Counted from the first letter of the stretch, positions 1 through 11,267 are shown. The stretch is DNA of 64,000 bases from an uncultured Chthonomonadaceae bacterium (GCA_963835065.1 CAWIEK010000008.1:11809-75808), one strand, 5' to 3'. The notes: a model not told the origin generated them from the letters alone. Program-made: numbers and translations.

Positions 1-206
1 GCTTCCGCAAGTTGTTTTCCCAACTCTTCTGTAGCAACTTCACATAGCCCCATGATTTCAGGCGGCCTACCATCGAAAAGCGCGTAAATCGTAGCGGCTA
101 ACTGCGCGATACGTGTGTCGAGCGCATCCTGAGTTTGTGAACTTCGGTCGCGCAAGCCAACCGGATAAAGGTTCATGCAGTTGATAAACCCGATGCGAAA
201 TTTCAT
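1..206 (-). CDS. Endonuclease/exonuclease/phosphatase (EEP) family protein, N-terminal part (runs off window)
   Basis: Hand translation from ATG at 206: MKFRIGFINCMNLYP...PPEIMGLCEVATEE, matching the EEP N-terminal N-x-x-N and GLCEV motifs; not in ORF track. Confidence 0.65.
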   Translation of the reverse strand, partial: MKFRIGFINCMNLYPVGLRDRSSQTQDALDTRIAQLAATIYALFDGRPPEIMGLCEVATEELGKQLAE

Positions 207-540
207 TGTAACAGAACAGTCGAAATTAGAAACGCGTCTAAGAAGTATGCGCGATGGGAAGCCGGAGAATGGTCAACTCACAGCATAGTATACACGGTTT
301 TGACCTATAATTTCTCTAACGGCGCAACGGAACAGGTCGGCACGGAAGCCGACATTTTCAAAGTCGTTCTGCGTCACAGCATTGTTCTGGCAGCGATTAT
401 GGGCTTGATTGTCCTGCTGCAAGCCTACGTGTACCCCTTCACCCTCATGGCTCCGCACTAACGTGTATTTCGCGTGTTGCGAGAATTTCGAGTAGGTGGT
501 ACTATGGGATCAGGATTACGTTTGTGCAAGGAGAAACCCT

Positions 541-1011
541 ATGTCGAACCTACTTGCCGGCTCTGTCCGTCCCTTGTCTTTGCCGGAACAAGAAACGATG
601 CTCGCCCGTAGTTCCAGCAACGCGCTCGCGGATTTCGATGCAGCCGGCCCGCCCCTGACGCTCAAATTTGAAAATCCGCAAACCGGGCAGCAGATCGAAA
701 CCCTCGTTCCCGCCACAGCGGTTCGCGTTTTAGCGGATGTACTCGCCCGCATGGCAGAAGGGCAATCGGTGACGCTCGTTCCGCTTCTTGCCGAACTCAG
801 CACCCAACAGGCCGCCGAACTTTTGAATGTTTCCCGGCCTTACTTCATCAAGCTGCTGGAAGAAGGCAAGATGCCGTTTCGCAAAGTGGGCGAACAGCGG
901 CGCGTTCGCTATCAGGACCTTCTTTGTTATATGGAAGCGTACCAGAAGGCAGCGAACGCCGCGCTGGACGAGATGACGGCAGAAGCCGAGAGTATGGGAC
1001 TCTACAAATGA
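541..1011 (+). CDS. Excisionase-family HTH DNA-binding protein (antitoxin-like partner of PIN toxin)
   Basis: ELSTQQAAELLNVSRPYFIKLLEEGKMPFRKVGEQRRV motif; RBS AGGAGA before ATG 541. Confidence 0.85.
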   Translation: MSNLLAGSVRPLSLPEQETMLARSSSNALADFDAAGPPLTLKFENPQTGQQIETLVPATAVRVLADVLARMAEGQSVTLVPLLAELSTQQAAELLNVSRPYFIKLLEEGKMPFRKVGEQRRVRYQDLLCYMEAYQKAANAALDEMTAEAESMGLYK

Positions 1012-1208
1012 CGGCGGCGGTTTTGGATGCGTGTGTGCTGTATTCGGCCTTCCTGCGCGACCTGTTCATGCGCCTTGCCATTGGCTTCGTGTTTCAGCCC
1101 AAATGGACGGCGCAAATACAGGACGAGTGGATACGTAACGTTCTGCTGAACCGCCCCGATTTGACGCGCTCCCAATTGGAGCGTACCCGCGTTCAGGAGA
1201 AAATCTAA
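1008..1208 (+). pseudogene. Truncated PIN-domain toxin (66 aa N-terminal part)
   Basis: MTAAVLDACVLYSAFLRDL...PKWTAQIQDEW; ATGA overlap with upstream gene; ends early with no recognisable continuation. Confidence 0.7.
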
Positions 1209-1307
1209 CAGCAGTGCTACTTCGGCGCCTTGATCGAGTGAACGAACGCGGTCAGCGCTTTGATGTCAACTGCTTTGAATTTACTGCCGAACGCGGGCAT
1301 TTCTCCC

Positions 1308-2372
1308 CTATACCAGGGAAGAATCGACAATCGCCAGGTTGTATTTGCCTGCGACGTAGTTGACGGTAGTGATACCCAGCGCCTCGCGCAGCTTCTCCGC
1401 CGGCACTTTCATCGGGCCGGGGCCGGCGGCCTTACCGGGTTCCGGCTGCGGAAAGGCTGTAGAGGCCGCCGTGTGAAACGTGACAGCGCCTTCCACTTTC
1501 TGCATCGTCTGGTGGATATGCCCGTTGAGTACCGTCACGGAGCCGAACCTCTTGAGCAAGGCAAGGACCTGCGCGCCATCGCTCGTGCCCCAGCCCCAAT
1601 CCGGGTAAACCATCCAGAGTGGGATGTGGGCGAAGACGATGATGGGCGTACTGGCGCGCTGACCTTTCAAATCCTGCTTGAGCCATGCCACTTGCTTTTC
1701 CCCCAGGCTGCCCAGGCCGTTCGTCTTGAAGTCCATCACGTTCACCAGGCCGATGAAATGAACGCCCTTCTGGTCGAAACTGTACCAGCCGTCCCCCCGC
1801 GTTTCCTTCGCGTAGCGCTCTCTGTAGAGCTTGCCGTCGTCGCCGGTCACATCGTGTTCACCCGGCACATAGAACACGCGGTCAGCTTTTGATGCCTTCA
1901 GCAGTTGATCCGATGTATCGAACTGTTCCGCAGTGGCGAGATGGGTAATGTCGCCGGTATGGAGCAGGAACGAAGGCGTGACCGGCAGGGCGTTGATTTT
2001 CGCGATGGCTGCCTGCAAAGTGCCCGTCACATCCGGGTTGGCAGGCTTGCTGAACCCCAGGTGGCTGTCGCTGAGCTGCACAAAACTCAGGTCGCCCTGC
2101 GGGGCCGCTTTTACGCGCGGGTCCGCCAGACTTCGGGAGGAGAGAACGCCCCCGGTAATCGTGCAAAGCAGGCCGGTTCCGGCCCACGCCATGCACTCCA
2201 AAAATCCGCGCCGATCAATGCCGTCCGCCTGCTCGGTGTTTTCCAGCCCGGCGTTTTCCGGTTCGCGGTTTTGCTGTTCCGCGTCTTCCTGTTCCCTGTT
2301 CCCCTGCGCTTTATTTCCCCGCGCTTCTTTTTCCGTTCGGTTGTGCATCCTGTCGCTCCTTGTGTTGGACAT
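1308..2372 (-). CDS. Tat-exported metallophosphoesterase (Icc/CpdA-like)
   Basis: DRRGFL Tat motif; SDSH, GDITH, GEHD, GHIH motifs. Confidence 0.9.
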   Translation of the reverse strand: MSNTRSDRMHNRTEKEARGNKAQGNREQEDAEQQNREPENAGLENTEQADGIDRRGFLECMAWAGTGLLCTITGGVLSSRSLADPRVKAAPQGDLSFVQLSDSHLGFSKPANPDVTGTLQAAIAKINALPVTPSFLLHTGDITHLATAEQFDTSDQLLKASKADRVFYVPGEHDVTGDDGKLYRERYAKETRGDGWYSFDQKGVHFIGLVNVMDFKTNGLGSLGEKQVAWLKQDLKGQRASTPIIVFAHIPLWMVYPDWGWGTSDGAQVLALLKRFGSVTVLNGHIHQTMQKVEGAVTFHTAASTAFPQPEPGKAAGPGPMKVPAEKLREALGITTVNYVAGKYNLAIVDSSLV

Positions 2373-2418
2373 CGCCCTTGTTGCGTCGCATGGAAGTGTC
2401 TCCTCCCATGTTCCCTCC

Positions 2419-2446
2419 AGACTGATGTAAGCGCCGGTTTATTCCC
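2419..2446 (-). promoter_or_regulatory. Putative ECF promoter GGGAATAAA-N13-CAGTCT for the phosphoesterase
   Basis: Same motif and spacing as the divergent copy at 2477-2504. Confidence 0.7.
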
Positions 2447-2476
2447 GGCAAGCAAAAACAAAAAACGCCACAACGC

Positions 2477-2504
2477 GGGAATAAACGCGCCTGCAAGCCA
2501 GTCT
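2477..2504 (+). promoter_or_regulatory. Putative autoregulatory ECF promoter GGGAATAAA-N13-CAGTCT
   Basis: Upstream of ECF sigma gene; mirror of 2419-2446. Confidence 0.7.
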
Positions 2505-2508
2505 AAGC

Positions 2509-2537
2509 AGTGGATAGTGGATAGTTCGTAGTGGATA
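2509..2537 (+). repeat. Heptamer tandem repeat arm (AGTGGAT-type)
   Basis: agtggat agtggat agttcgt agtggat. Confidence 0.75.
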
Positions 2538-2597
2538 AAAGAGGCAGGAACGGCGAGTTTTCAACGCCACGCCGCTCAGGGAATACAAATAGGAGTT

Positions 2598-2640
2598 CCC
2601 CTTCTTCCAACTTTGGGAGAAGGGGTCAGGGGTTGAGGGC
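2598..2640. repeat. CCCTCTCCC/GGGAGAGGG REP-like palindrome
   Basis: cccttcttccaactttgggagaaggggtcaggggttgagggc, similar to 35221-35260. Confidence 0.7.
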
Positions 2641-2676
2641 TACCTGGGAGCCGTAACAAGGATTGAGGACGCGCTC

Positions 2677-3225
2677 ATGGCAAAAACGAACGATACCGCG
2701 CGCTACGAGACGCTGATATTGCCGCACCTGAACGCCGCCTATAATCTGGCGCGCTGGATGACGCGCAACGATCAGGATGCCGAGGACGTGACACAGGAAG
2801 CCTGCCTGCGCGCCTGCAAGTTCTTCGACAGTTTTCGTGGCGGGGATAGCCGCGCCTGGCTGCTGCGCATCGTACGCAATACCTGCTACACCTGGCTGCA
2901 GCAAAACCGGGCGCATGAGCTGACGCTTTCATTTCACGAGGAGACATTCGACCTGCCGCATGAGGCGTATAACCCGGAGACGATTGTCCTTCAGCAGGCG
3001 GACGCGGAGCAGATACGGCGGGAAATGGAAGCCTTGCCGGTAGAGTTTCGGGAGGTACTGATTTTGCGGGAACTGGAAGATTTTTCGTATCGCGAGATCG
3101 CGCAGATCGCCGACATTCCGCTTGGAACGGTCATGTCGCGCCTTGCGCGGGGCCGCAAGCGACTTCAGGAAGCGCTGGGAGGTTCAGCCTTCCTCGACGG
3201 CAGGGAGGCGCGGCATGAACTGTAA
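2677..3225 (+). CDS. ECF RNA polymerase sigma factor
   Basis: DAEDVTQEA region 2; SYREIAQIADIPLGTVMSRLARGR region 4. Confidence 0.95.
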   Translation: MAKTNDTARYETLILPHLNAAYNLARWMTRNDQDAEDVTQEACLRACKFFDSFRGGDSRAWLLRIVRNTCYTWLQQNRAHELTLSFHEETFDLPHEAYNPETIVLQQADAEQIRREMEALPVEFREVLILRELEDFSYREIAQIADIPLGTVMSRLARGRKRLQEALGGSAFLDGREARHEL

Positions 3226-4006
3226 GGAAGCGAAAGGCTATCTGCACGGCTATATGGACGGCGAACTCGACCTTGTGCGCAGTCTCGCCATTGAAACGCA
3301 TCTGCAAAGCTGCCCGGATTGCGGACAGGAATACCGGAACTTACAATTGCTGCGCGGCGCGATGCGCGCGGCTTCGCTGAACTATACGCCCACGGATCGG
3401 CTGCGGCAGAAATTGGAAGCCGAAATCAGCCGAAGGGACGGCAATCGCTTCTCATGGGTTCGCTTCCCGCAGTTCAAGCTGCCACCTAATGCGCGGCGAT
3501 GGCAAAGTGTCGGCTTTACGACGGCAATAGCATGTGTATGCCTGCTGCTAGGGTTCATTGTCCGGCAGGGTCGTCCCGCCGCGTCGGAGAGCCTGCTGTC
3601 TCAGGAAGTGATCGCGTGTCATGTGCGCTCGCTGATGGTGAATCATCTCGCCGATGTCGCCTCATCCAATCAGCATACCGTGAAGCCCTGGTTCAGCGGT
3701 AAACTGGATTTTGCCCCCCCCGTTGTTGACCTGGCCTCAGACGGTTTTCCGCTCAAAGGTGGACGGCTGGAATACGTCGCCGAACGTCCGGCAGCCGCGC
3801 TGGTATATGCGCGTCAGAAGCATACGATCAATCTGCTGATCTGGCCGGACAAGGCGGAAAGCAGCCGGGAACTTCACCCGGAAACCCGGCAGGGCTTCCA
3901 TCTGGTTCATTGGGCGCAGGGCGGCATGACCTTCTGGGCCATCTCCGACCTGAACAGCGCGGAATTGCAGGACTTTGCCGCCAAAATCCAACGCGCCACT
4001 CCCTGA
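3215..4006 (+). CDS. Zinc-binding (zf-HC2) transmembrane anti-sigma factor
   Basis: HLQSCPDC motif, TM segment, HTVKPWFSGKLDFAPPV periplasmic motif; overlaps sigma stop. Confidence 0.9.
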   Translation: MNCKEAKGYLHGYMDGELDLVRSLAIETHLQSCPDCGQEYRNLQLLRGAMRAASLNYTPTDRLRQKLEAEISRRDGNRFSWVRFPQFKLPPNARRWQSVGFTTAIACVCLLLGFIVRQGRPAASESLLSQEVIACHVRSLMVNHLADVASSNQHTVKPWFSGKLDFAPPVVDLASDGFPLKGGRLEYVAERPAAALVYARQKHTINLLIWPDKAESSRELHPETRQGFHLVHWAQGGMTFWAISDLNSAELQDFAAKIQRATP

Positions 4007-4104
4007 CCGCCAAAACGGAGCGCATGGGCGCAAAGCCGGCATCTACAGCGTCTGCCCGATGGCATACGGCGTTTTGCCCATGTCGCATTTGTGCCGGTGA
4101 TTAA

Positions 4105-5233
<1,129 letters not shown>

Positions 5234-5235
<2 letters not shown>

Positions 5236-5347
5236 GTGTTCAGGTGTTCAGGTATTCGGGTATTCGGGTATTCAGGCCGGAGCATTGTCTCCTGACGACT
5301 GCCAATGTACCGTCCAACCACTTGAACACCTGAACACCGAACACCTG
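5234..5347. repeat. Inverted 8-mer tandem-repeat hairpin filling the pseB-pseC gap
   Basis: (GGTGTTCA/GGTATTCG)n left arm, (TGAACACC)n right arm. Confidence 0.85.
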
Positions 5348-5351
5348 ACCT

Positions 5352-6507
5352 ATGATTCCTTACAGCCGCCAAACCATAGACGACGACGACATACAGGCCG
5401 TGACGGACGCGCTGCGCTCCGATTGGCTGACGACCGGGCCGCGCGTGGACGCTTTTGAACAGGCGTTTGCAGCCCAGGTGGGCGCAAAATACGCGGTTGC
5501 GGTTGCCAACGGAACGGCGGGTCTGCATCTGGCGTGTCTGGCTGCGGGCATCGGGACGGGGTCGGAATGTATCACCACGCCGATTACGTTTGCGGCGACA
5601 GCGAACGCCGCGCTGTACGTGGGCAGCCGCCCCGTCTTTGCCGACGTGTGCGCGGATACCGTCAACCTCGATCCCGAACAAGCGGCGCGGCACATCACGC
5701 CCAAAACGCGCGCCCTGCTGCCCGTGCATTTCGCGGGACACGCCTGCGACATGCCTTCCTTTCATTCTCTGGCGCAGCGGCATGGCCTGACGATTATCGA
5801 AGACGCCTGCCACGCTCTGGGCGCGACAATGCCGGACGGAATCGTTGGCGATTGCCGTTACAGCGATATGACTGTGTTCAGCACCCATGCGGTCAAGGCG
5901 ATTGCAACGGGCGAAGGCGGCGTTGTTACGACGAACAATCCGCAGTCTTAATGACAAATTGCGCCTGCTGCGTTCACACGGCATCACCCGCGACCTGGAA
6001 AAGTTGCAGGAGAATGAGGGCGGCTGGTACTACGAGATGCAGGCATTGGGGTTCAATTACCGCCTGAGCGACATCAACTGCGCCCTGGGACACAGCCAGT
6101 TAAAGAAACTCGGCGCGTTCATAGCCCGTCGGCGCGAAATCGCCGCGCAGTATGACCGCGCTTTCGCGCCCATTCCCAATCTGCGCCCGCTTGCGCAGCG
6201 CCCCGGCCATGCGTCCGCCTATCATCTGTATGTCGTTCGGTTCACCGGAGCCGATGCGAGAGGGCGGCGATGGGCATTCGAGCGTTTGCGGGAAGCCGGG
6301 TTGGGCGTCAATGTACATTACATCCCCGTGTACCGCCAGCCTTACTATCGCGACACATTGGGCTATCCACAAAACGACTGCCCCCACGCCGAAGCCTACT
6401 ACCGCGAAGCCATCTCCATCCCCCTCTACCCCGCCATGACCGATGCGCAGGCAGCGACAGTAATTGCCACTGTGCAGCGCGTCGCCTGCGAATTGACCGC
6501 CATTTGA
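5352..6507 (+). CDS. pseC: UDP-4-amino-4,6-dideoxy-N-acetyl-altrosamine transaminase (frameshift near 5945, probable sequencing error)
   Basis: MIPYSRQTID, IIEDACHALG, FSTHAVKAIATGEGG; continues in ORF 5887-6507 (LGFNYRLSD, VNVHYIPV). Confidence 0.88.
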
Positions 6508-6522
6508 TACGAGCGACAACAA

Positions 6523-6562
6523 AGCCCCTTTTTGGCAACTTTGGAGCGGCCAAAAAGGGGCT
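6523..6562. terminator. Hairpin between convergent genes, likely bidirectional terminator
   Basis: 14-bp stem agcccctttttggc/gccaaaaaggggct. Confidence 0.7.
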
Positions 6563-6589
6563 GATGTAAGGCGTCTGCGGCTACAAAGC

Positions 6590-7120
6590 CTACTGAAGCA
6601 TCGCGTCTACGGCCTTCTTCACCTGCGGCAGCTTGGTGGTGTCTACGTCCACGAAGTTGCTCTTGACGGACGAGCCTTTCCACAGCAGAACCGTGTTTTT
6701 GGCGGTCGGGCTGATCTTGTAAGCGGCGATGTCCTCTTCCTTCGTGCCTTTGGGCAGCAGGACGAGCGGAATGGTGGTCTTCTTTTCGTCGGCGATCTTC
6801 TGGATGGCGTCTTTGGCCTCGGGGCCGTTCATAAAGACCACGAAGCTGCGCAGGCCCTTGCTCTTGTTGGCGTCCACGATCTTCTGCACGTCGGCCACGA
6901 GATTGGCGGACTTGCTGGCGTCACCGTTCACGAACACGGCGAGAACCGGGGCCAGTCCGTACTGGCAGCGGTAGCAAAGCTGCTTGCCCTTGCTCGGCCC
7001 GGTCACGTCCACGACCTGAAACGCGCCCGGCGTGGTTCCCGGCTTCAATCCCGATTCAACGGCGGCATACGCGGTCACGGCCAGCGTACTGGCGGCGGCG
7101 ATGAAAATTCCCAGTTTCAT
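6590..7120 (-). CDS. Secreted thioredoxin-fold-like hypothetical protein (CYRC motif)
   Basis: Signal peptide; SGLKPG..PGAFQVVDVTGP..LCYRC resembles AhpC/TSA-type N-termini. Confidence 0.55.
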   Translation of the reverse strand: MKLGIFIAAASTLAVTAYAAVESGLKPGTTPGAFQVVDVTGPSKGKQLCYRCQYGLAPVLAVFVNGDASKSANLVADVQKIVDANKSKGLRSFVVFMNGPEAKDAIQKIADEKKTTIPLVLLPKGTKEEDIAAYKISPTAKNTVLLWKGSSVKSNFVDVDTTKLPQVKKAVDAMLQ

Positions 7121-7220
7121 AATGTCGGTGTCTCCTGTGGTTGTCCGGCTGCAAACCGGCGGTGGATAAAGAGCGCGCGAGTAAATCGCGCAGGCGCATA
7201 AAAATCACGAGTGCGTTTGG

Positions 7221-8996
7221 CTACAACTCTTTTACGTATTGTAGCAGGTCTTTCCTCTCTTGTGCGGACAATTCATGCGCTTTTCCATGTAAATTTTTCG
7301 GGTTCTGCTGCAAAAATATGTCTTCCAGCGTTTGCGCCTTGCCATCGTGCAGATACGGGTAGGTATCGTACACGCCCTGCAGATGCGGAATCTGCAATTC
7401 CACGCCCGGCGGCGTTGTGCCGATCCATGCTTTTTGCCTGCCGCCCGCCTTCGGCCCGGTGTGACAGGCGATACATCCGGCCTTGCCTCCGAACAATTCC
7501 CTGCCGCGCAACGCCGCCGCCGTGAACGTATTGTCCGGGGCGCGATAGGGATTCGGGGGAAGCGGCAGCGAACCCACGTACTCGGACAGGGCGCGGACTT
7601 CTTCAGGCGTGGGCTTTTCGCCCTGCATCAAACCGGGAATTTCTTCTTCGATAAACGCGGCAAGCGTCGGCTCGTGCCCGCTCCATCGGTATGGCGCGTC
7701 CTCCCCGATGTGCCCGCGCAAGCCTTTGGCGTTGCGGTCTATGTCCTTGCCAAGCGCGTCCTTAACATGGGTGAACTTCCACGAGATGCCATCCGTGCCG
7801 CCGTCGGGGTGGCACGAGTTGCAGCTGAACTGCTTTCCCTTGACAATGGTTGCCGTCGTGAACAGGTAGCGGCCCAGCAAATGCGGGTCTTTGCGGCTTG
7901 TCGCGCCCAAACTAATGCGCCGCGTGATTTGCAGCGTTTGCGGGTTGATGACCGCAAGATCGTTGCTCAACATGTTGGCGACCCACAACTCTTTGCCGTC
8001 CGGCGTAAACGCCAGCCCGCGCGGATGCGCCCCGACGTTGGCAATGGTGACGGTATCGCCATTATTGCGGACCGGAACCACGTTGACGCTGTGCCCCCCG
8101 CTGCACGTAATAAACGCCCGCGTCTGACTGCTATCCAACACAACCGAATCGGGGTCGGCCACATCCTTGCCCATGAAGTCGAGCCACAGGTTTTCAACGC
8201 CGTTGCGCGGACCGTTGGGAACCTGCAAAAACGCCTGATTGGACCAGATGCCCACTGCGGTTTCGGTAGGCCGCTCGTTCTGGGCGCGCTGCCCTACCGC
8301 AAAGACTTGCCGCCCATCGGGAAACACGGCTACGCCGCGCAGGTTGACGGCGGGGGTGCGTCCCTGCGCCGTTTGGGTCAGGGTATGGGTGTCCAAATAG
8401 CTGACGGAGCCTTCCGTCATGTTGGCGGCGACAACGGTTGCCCCGTCCGGCGTGATTGCCAATGCGCGGGGGCGTCTTCCCGTCGGGATTGCGCCGATGA
8501 TTTTGCGCGCGGCAACGTCAATCACGGCAACCTGATCCAGTTGGCTGACGGAAACATAGGCGCGGGTTCCGTCTGGCGAAATTACCACATCCCAGGGCAT
8601 ACCGCGCAGCGTCAGAGTTTGGGTTTGCAGCGAGTTGAGATTGATAAACGCCACGGAACCGCTCAGGCTGTTGGTAACAATTGCCAGCCCGCCATCCGGT
8701 GTAACAGCTACGCCCGTCGGCTGCTCACCCTTCGTTGGCACGTGATGTAGCGCTTTCCCGGAAGCGCGGTCAATAATCGCCAGCGCGCCCTCATCGTATT
8801 CCGTGACAAGCGCCCGCGTTCCATCCGGCGTAAAGATGACCTTGAACGCGCCCCGGTTGCCGTTCAGCGCGGGCAAGGGCGTTCGGCTGCCTTCAGGCGC
8901 AGTACGAACGGCGGGCTTCGGACTATCCGCCGACAGCGCAAAGCCTGCGGAAAACACAACCAGCGTACCGCCGAAAAGCAAAGCAAGCCGTATCAT
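7221..8996 (-). CDS. Secreted YVTN/YncE beta-propeller fused to diheme cytochrome c (peroxidase/MauG-like) domain
   Basis: Repeated TPDG blades; CNSCH and CIACH heme motifs; PYLHDG. Confidence 0.85.
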   Translation of the reverse strand: MIRLALLFGGTLVVFSAGFALSADSPKPAVRTAPEGSRTPLPALNGNRGAFKVIFTPDGTRALVTEYDEGALAIIDRASGKALHHVPTKGEQPTGVAVTPDGGLAIVTNSLSGSVAFINLNSLQTQTLTLRGMPWDVVISPDGTRAYVSVSQLDQVAVIDVAARKIIGAIPTGRRPRALAITPDGATVVAANMTEGSVSYLDTHTLTQTAQGRTPAVNLRGVAVFPDGRQVFAVGQRAQNERPTETAVGIWSNQAFLQVPNGPRNGVENLWLDFMGKDVADPDSVVLDSSQTRAFITCSGGHSVNVVPVRNNGDTVTIANVGAHPRGLAFTPDGKELWVANMLSNDLAVINPQTLQITRRISLGATSRKDPHLLGRYLFTTATIVKGKQFSCNSCHPDGGTDGISWKFTHVKDALGKDIDRNAKGLRGHIGEDAPYRWSGHEPTLAAFIEEEIPGLMQGEKPTPEEVRALSEYVGSLPLPPNPYRAPDNTFTAAALRGRELFGGKAGCIACHTGPKAGGRQKAWIGTTPPGVELQIPHLQGVYDTYPYLHDGKAQTLEDIFLQQNPKNLHGKAHELSAQERKDLLQYVKEL

Positions 8997-9057
8997 GGGT
9001 AAATTTTGGAAAAGTCGCAACCTGAAAGTTCTCCAAGTATCTAAACAGTTGCTTCTA

Positions 9058-10002
9058 TCATACCGTAAAAACGGGCGGCGCGATGCCGGTTTCCGCCTGC
9101 AATTGCTGCCAGATGTCGGCAGGAAGGTCAATCTGTACGGCGTCCAGGGTGGCGCGGAGTTCTTCGGGCAGGGCTGCGCCGGTCAGCGTGATGTTGATGT
9201 CCGGGTTTTGGAGCGGGTACTGCATGGCAAGGGCGAGAACGGAAAGATGACGCGCCTTGCAGAAATCGTACACTCTGCCCGCCAGGTTCGCGCCCCGCTT
9301 TTGTTCCGCGCCCAAATGCGGATTGGCGCGCGGGTCGGTTCCTGTAAACAATCCGAAGCCAAGCGGCGAGCCGTTGATAACGCCTAAATTATGCTGCGCC
9401 GCTTGGGTAATCAGTTCGCGCGCCGATTGCTGCGCGGGCGTAAAATCCGTGTACGTCAGAATGGTATCAAAATCGCCGTGTCGAACCGCCGTTTCCAGCA
9501 GATGATGAAATCGCGTCGCCAGCCCATAGTAGCGTATCAAGCCCTGTTCCCGCGCCTCGTTCAGCATATCCAGAACGTGCCCGGCTTCCAAAACCTGATC
9601 CAATGTTTCCACGTCATGGATTTGGAACAGGTCTATGGTGTCCATGCCCAGCCGTTCCAGACTGCTGCGCAGGCTTTGGCGCAGGTGCAGAGCGGCCTCG
9701 CGTCCCGTCAGGGGCGGCGGAATTGGGGATTTCGTCGCCACAAACACGCTGCTCCGGTCAATGCGCCGCAAAAACTCCCCGACGCGGTACTCCGAGCCGC
9801 CATACTGCGCCGACGTATCCACATAGCGCAATCCGGCCTGATACGCCTCGTCCAGCGTCTGCTGAAACTGTTTCAGCGTCGCCGCGTCCGCGCCCTGTCC
9901 GATGTACGCCGTTCCCATGCCCAGCCGAACGCTTTTACCGTTCAGGTCGGCCTGAAACCGCTCCACATACGCGCGGAATGTTTTATCACGGCTAACTGTC
10001 AT
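9058..10002 (-). CDS. Aldo/keto reductase
   Basis: LGMGT, YVDTSAQYG, VATK, SLERLGMDTIDLFQIH. Confidence 0.9.
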   Translation of the reverse strand: MTVSRDKTFRAYVERFQADLNGKSVRLGMGTAYIGQGADAATLKQFQQTLDEAYQAGLRYVDTSAQYGGSEYRVGEFLRRIDRSSVFVATKSPIPPPLTGREAALHLRQSLRSSLERLGMDTIDLFQIHDVETLDQVLEAGHVLDMLNEAREQGLIRYYGLATRFHHLLETAVRHGDFDTILTYTDFTPAQQSARELITQAAQHNLGVINGSPLGFGLFTGTDPRANPHLGAEQKRGANLAGRVYDFCKARHLSVLALAMQYPLQNPDINITLTGAALPEELRATLDAVQIDLPADIWQQLQAETGIAPPVFTV

Positions 10003-10017
10003 TGCGCTTGCCTCGTT

Positions 10018-10089
10018 GGTTTTGACCTCATGCCAATCCCTCTCTGCCCTGCAATGCGCCAGGAGAAGATTTGGCATGAGGTCAAAACC
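10018..10089. repeat. REP-like hairpin, 19-bp perfect inverted repeat
   Basis: ggttttgacctcatgccaa / ttggcatgaggtcaaaacc; related to 11668-11722. Confidence 0.8.
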
Positions 10090-10091
10090 CA

Positions 10092-11267
10092 TCACTTCGC
10101 GGAAAAGATGTACTCCGTTGTTTGGTGATACGTTTCGCCGGGACGCAGCACGACAGTCGGGAATTTGGGATGGTTGATCGAGTCCGGGTAGTGCTGCGCT
10201 TCCAGGCAGAAAGCGTCGTGCTGATTGTATGTGACGCCGCCCGTGCCGGTCAGGTTGCCTTCCAGAAAGTTGCCCGTGTATAACTGTACGCCGGGTTCCG
10301 TCGTGTACATTGTCAGGGTTCGGCCCGTCGTCGGCTCATGCACTTTGGCGGTCAATTTCAGGGTGTGGGCAGCCCCGTTGATGACATAATTGTGGTCGTA
10401 GCCGGTCGTGCCGGTCGGATCGGTTTCCACATCCAGAATATGGTCGCCGATTTTGTGCGACTTGGTAAAATCGAGGGGCGTGCCTTTCACCGGCTTGATG
10501 GCTCCTGTCGGAATCAAGGTCTCGTCGGAAGGCGTGTAGGAAGCGGCGTTGAGCATCAGCTCGTGGTCGGAAACGTCGCCGGAACCGGCCAGGTTGAAAT
10601 AGCTGTGGTTGGTCAGGTTGACGGGCGTAGCCTTGTCCGTCGTGGCCGTATATTCGATTTTCACGGCGTCGTTGGCGGTGAGCGTGTAGACGACGGAAAC
10701 GCTCAGATTGCCGGGATAACCTTCCTCGCCATCCCTGCTCAGATACGTAAACTTCACGGCGGGACCTTCGCCGCTGGCAACGGGAGCCGCTTTCCAGACC
10801 CGCTTGTCGAACCCTTTGAGGCCGCCGTGCAGCGAGTTGGGGCCATTATTAACGGCCAGTTTGTACGCCTTGCCGTCCACCGTGAACTTGCCTTTGGCGA
10901 TTCGGTTGGCGACCCGCCCGACTGTTGCGCCAAAGTACGCGGTGGCTTTGGTATACTGGTCCAGATTGTCAAATCCGCACACGACATTGCCCATTTTGCC
11001 GTTCTTGTCCGGCACGTACAATTGCGTCAGTGTCGCGCCATACGTCATCACTTTCGCTTTCACGCCATGCGCATTGGTCAGCGTATAAAGCTCAACGGCG
11101 GTTCCGCCCGGCAGTTTGCCGAACGGGGAGCGCGTGACACCCGCCTGCCCGCCCGCTTTCGCTTTCGTTCCCATCCCGGACTTCATTGGCTTTTGCGCCA
11201 ATCCGCGCGTTCCCGCCAGCGCGTTCAGCATCAGAAATCCTGCCATCATTGCAGTTCGCTTCATCAT
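10092..11267 (-). CDS. galM: Aldose 1-epimerase with signal peptide
   Basis: GATVGRVANRI, LHGG, NLTNHSYFNL, YDHN, FCLEAQHYPDS. Confidence 0.95.
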   Translation of the reverse strand: MMKRTAMMAGFLMLNALAGTRGLAQKPMKSGMGTKAKAGGQAGVTRSPFGKLPGGTAVELYTLTNAHGVKAKVMTYGATLTQLYVPDKNGKMGNVVCGFDNLDQYTKATAYFGATVGRVANRIAKGKFTVDGKAYKLAVNNGPNSLHGGLKGFDKRVWKAAPVASGEGPAVKFTYLSRDGEEGYPGNLSVSVVYTLTANDAVKIEYTATTDKATPVNLTNHSYFNLAGSGDVSDHELMLNAASYTPSDETLIPTGAIKPVKGTPLDFTKSHKIGDHILDVETDPTGTTGYDHNYVINGAAHTLKLTAKVHEPTTGRTLTMYTTEPGVQLYTGNFLEGNLTGTGGVTYNQHDAFCLEAQHYPDSINHPKFPTVVLRPGETYHQTTEYIFSAK

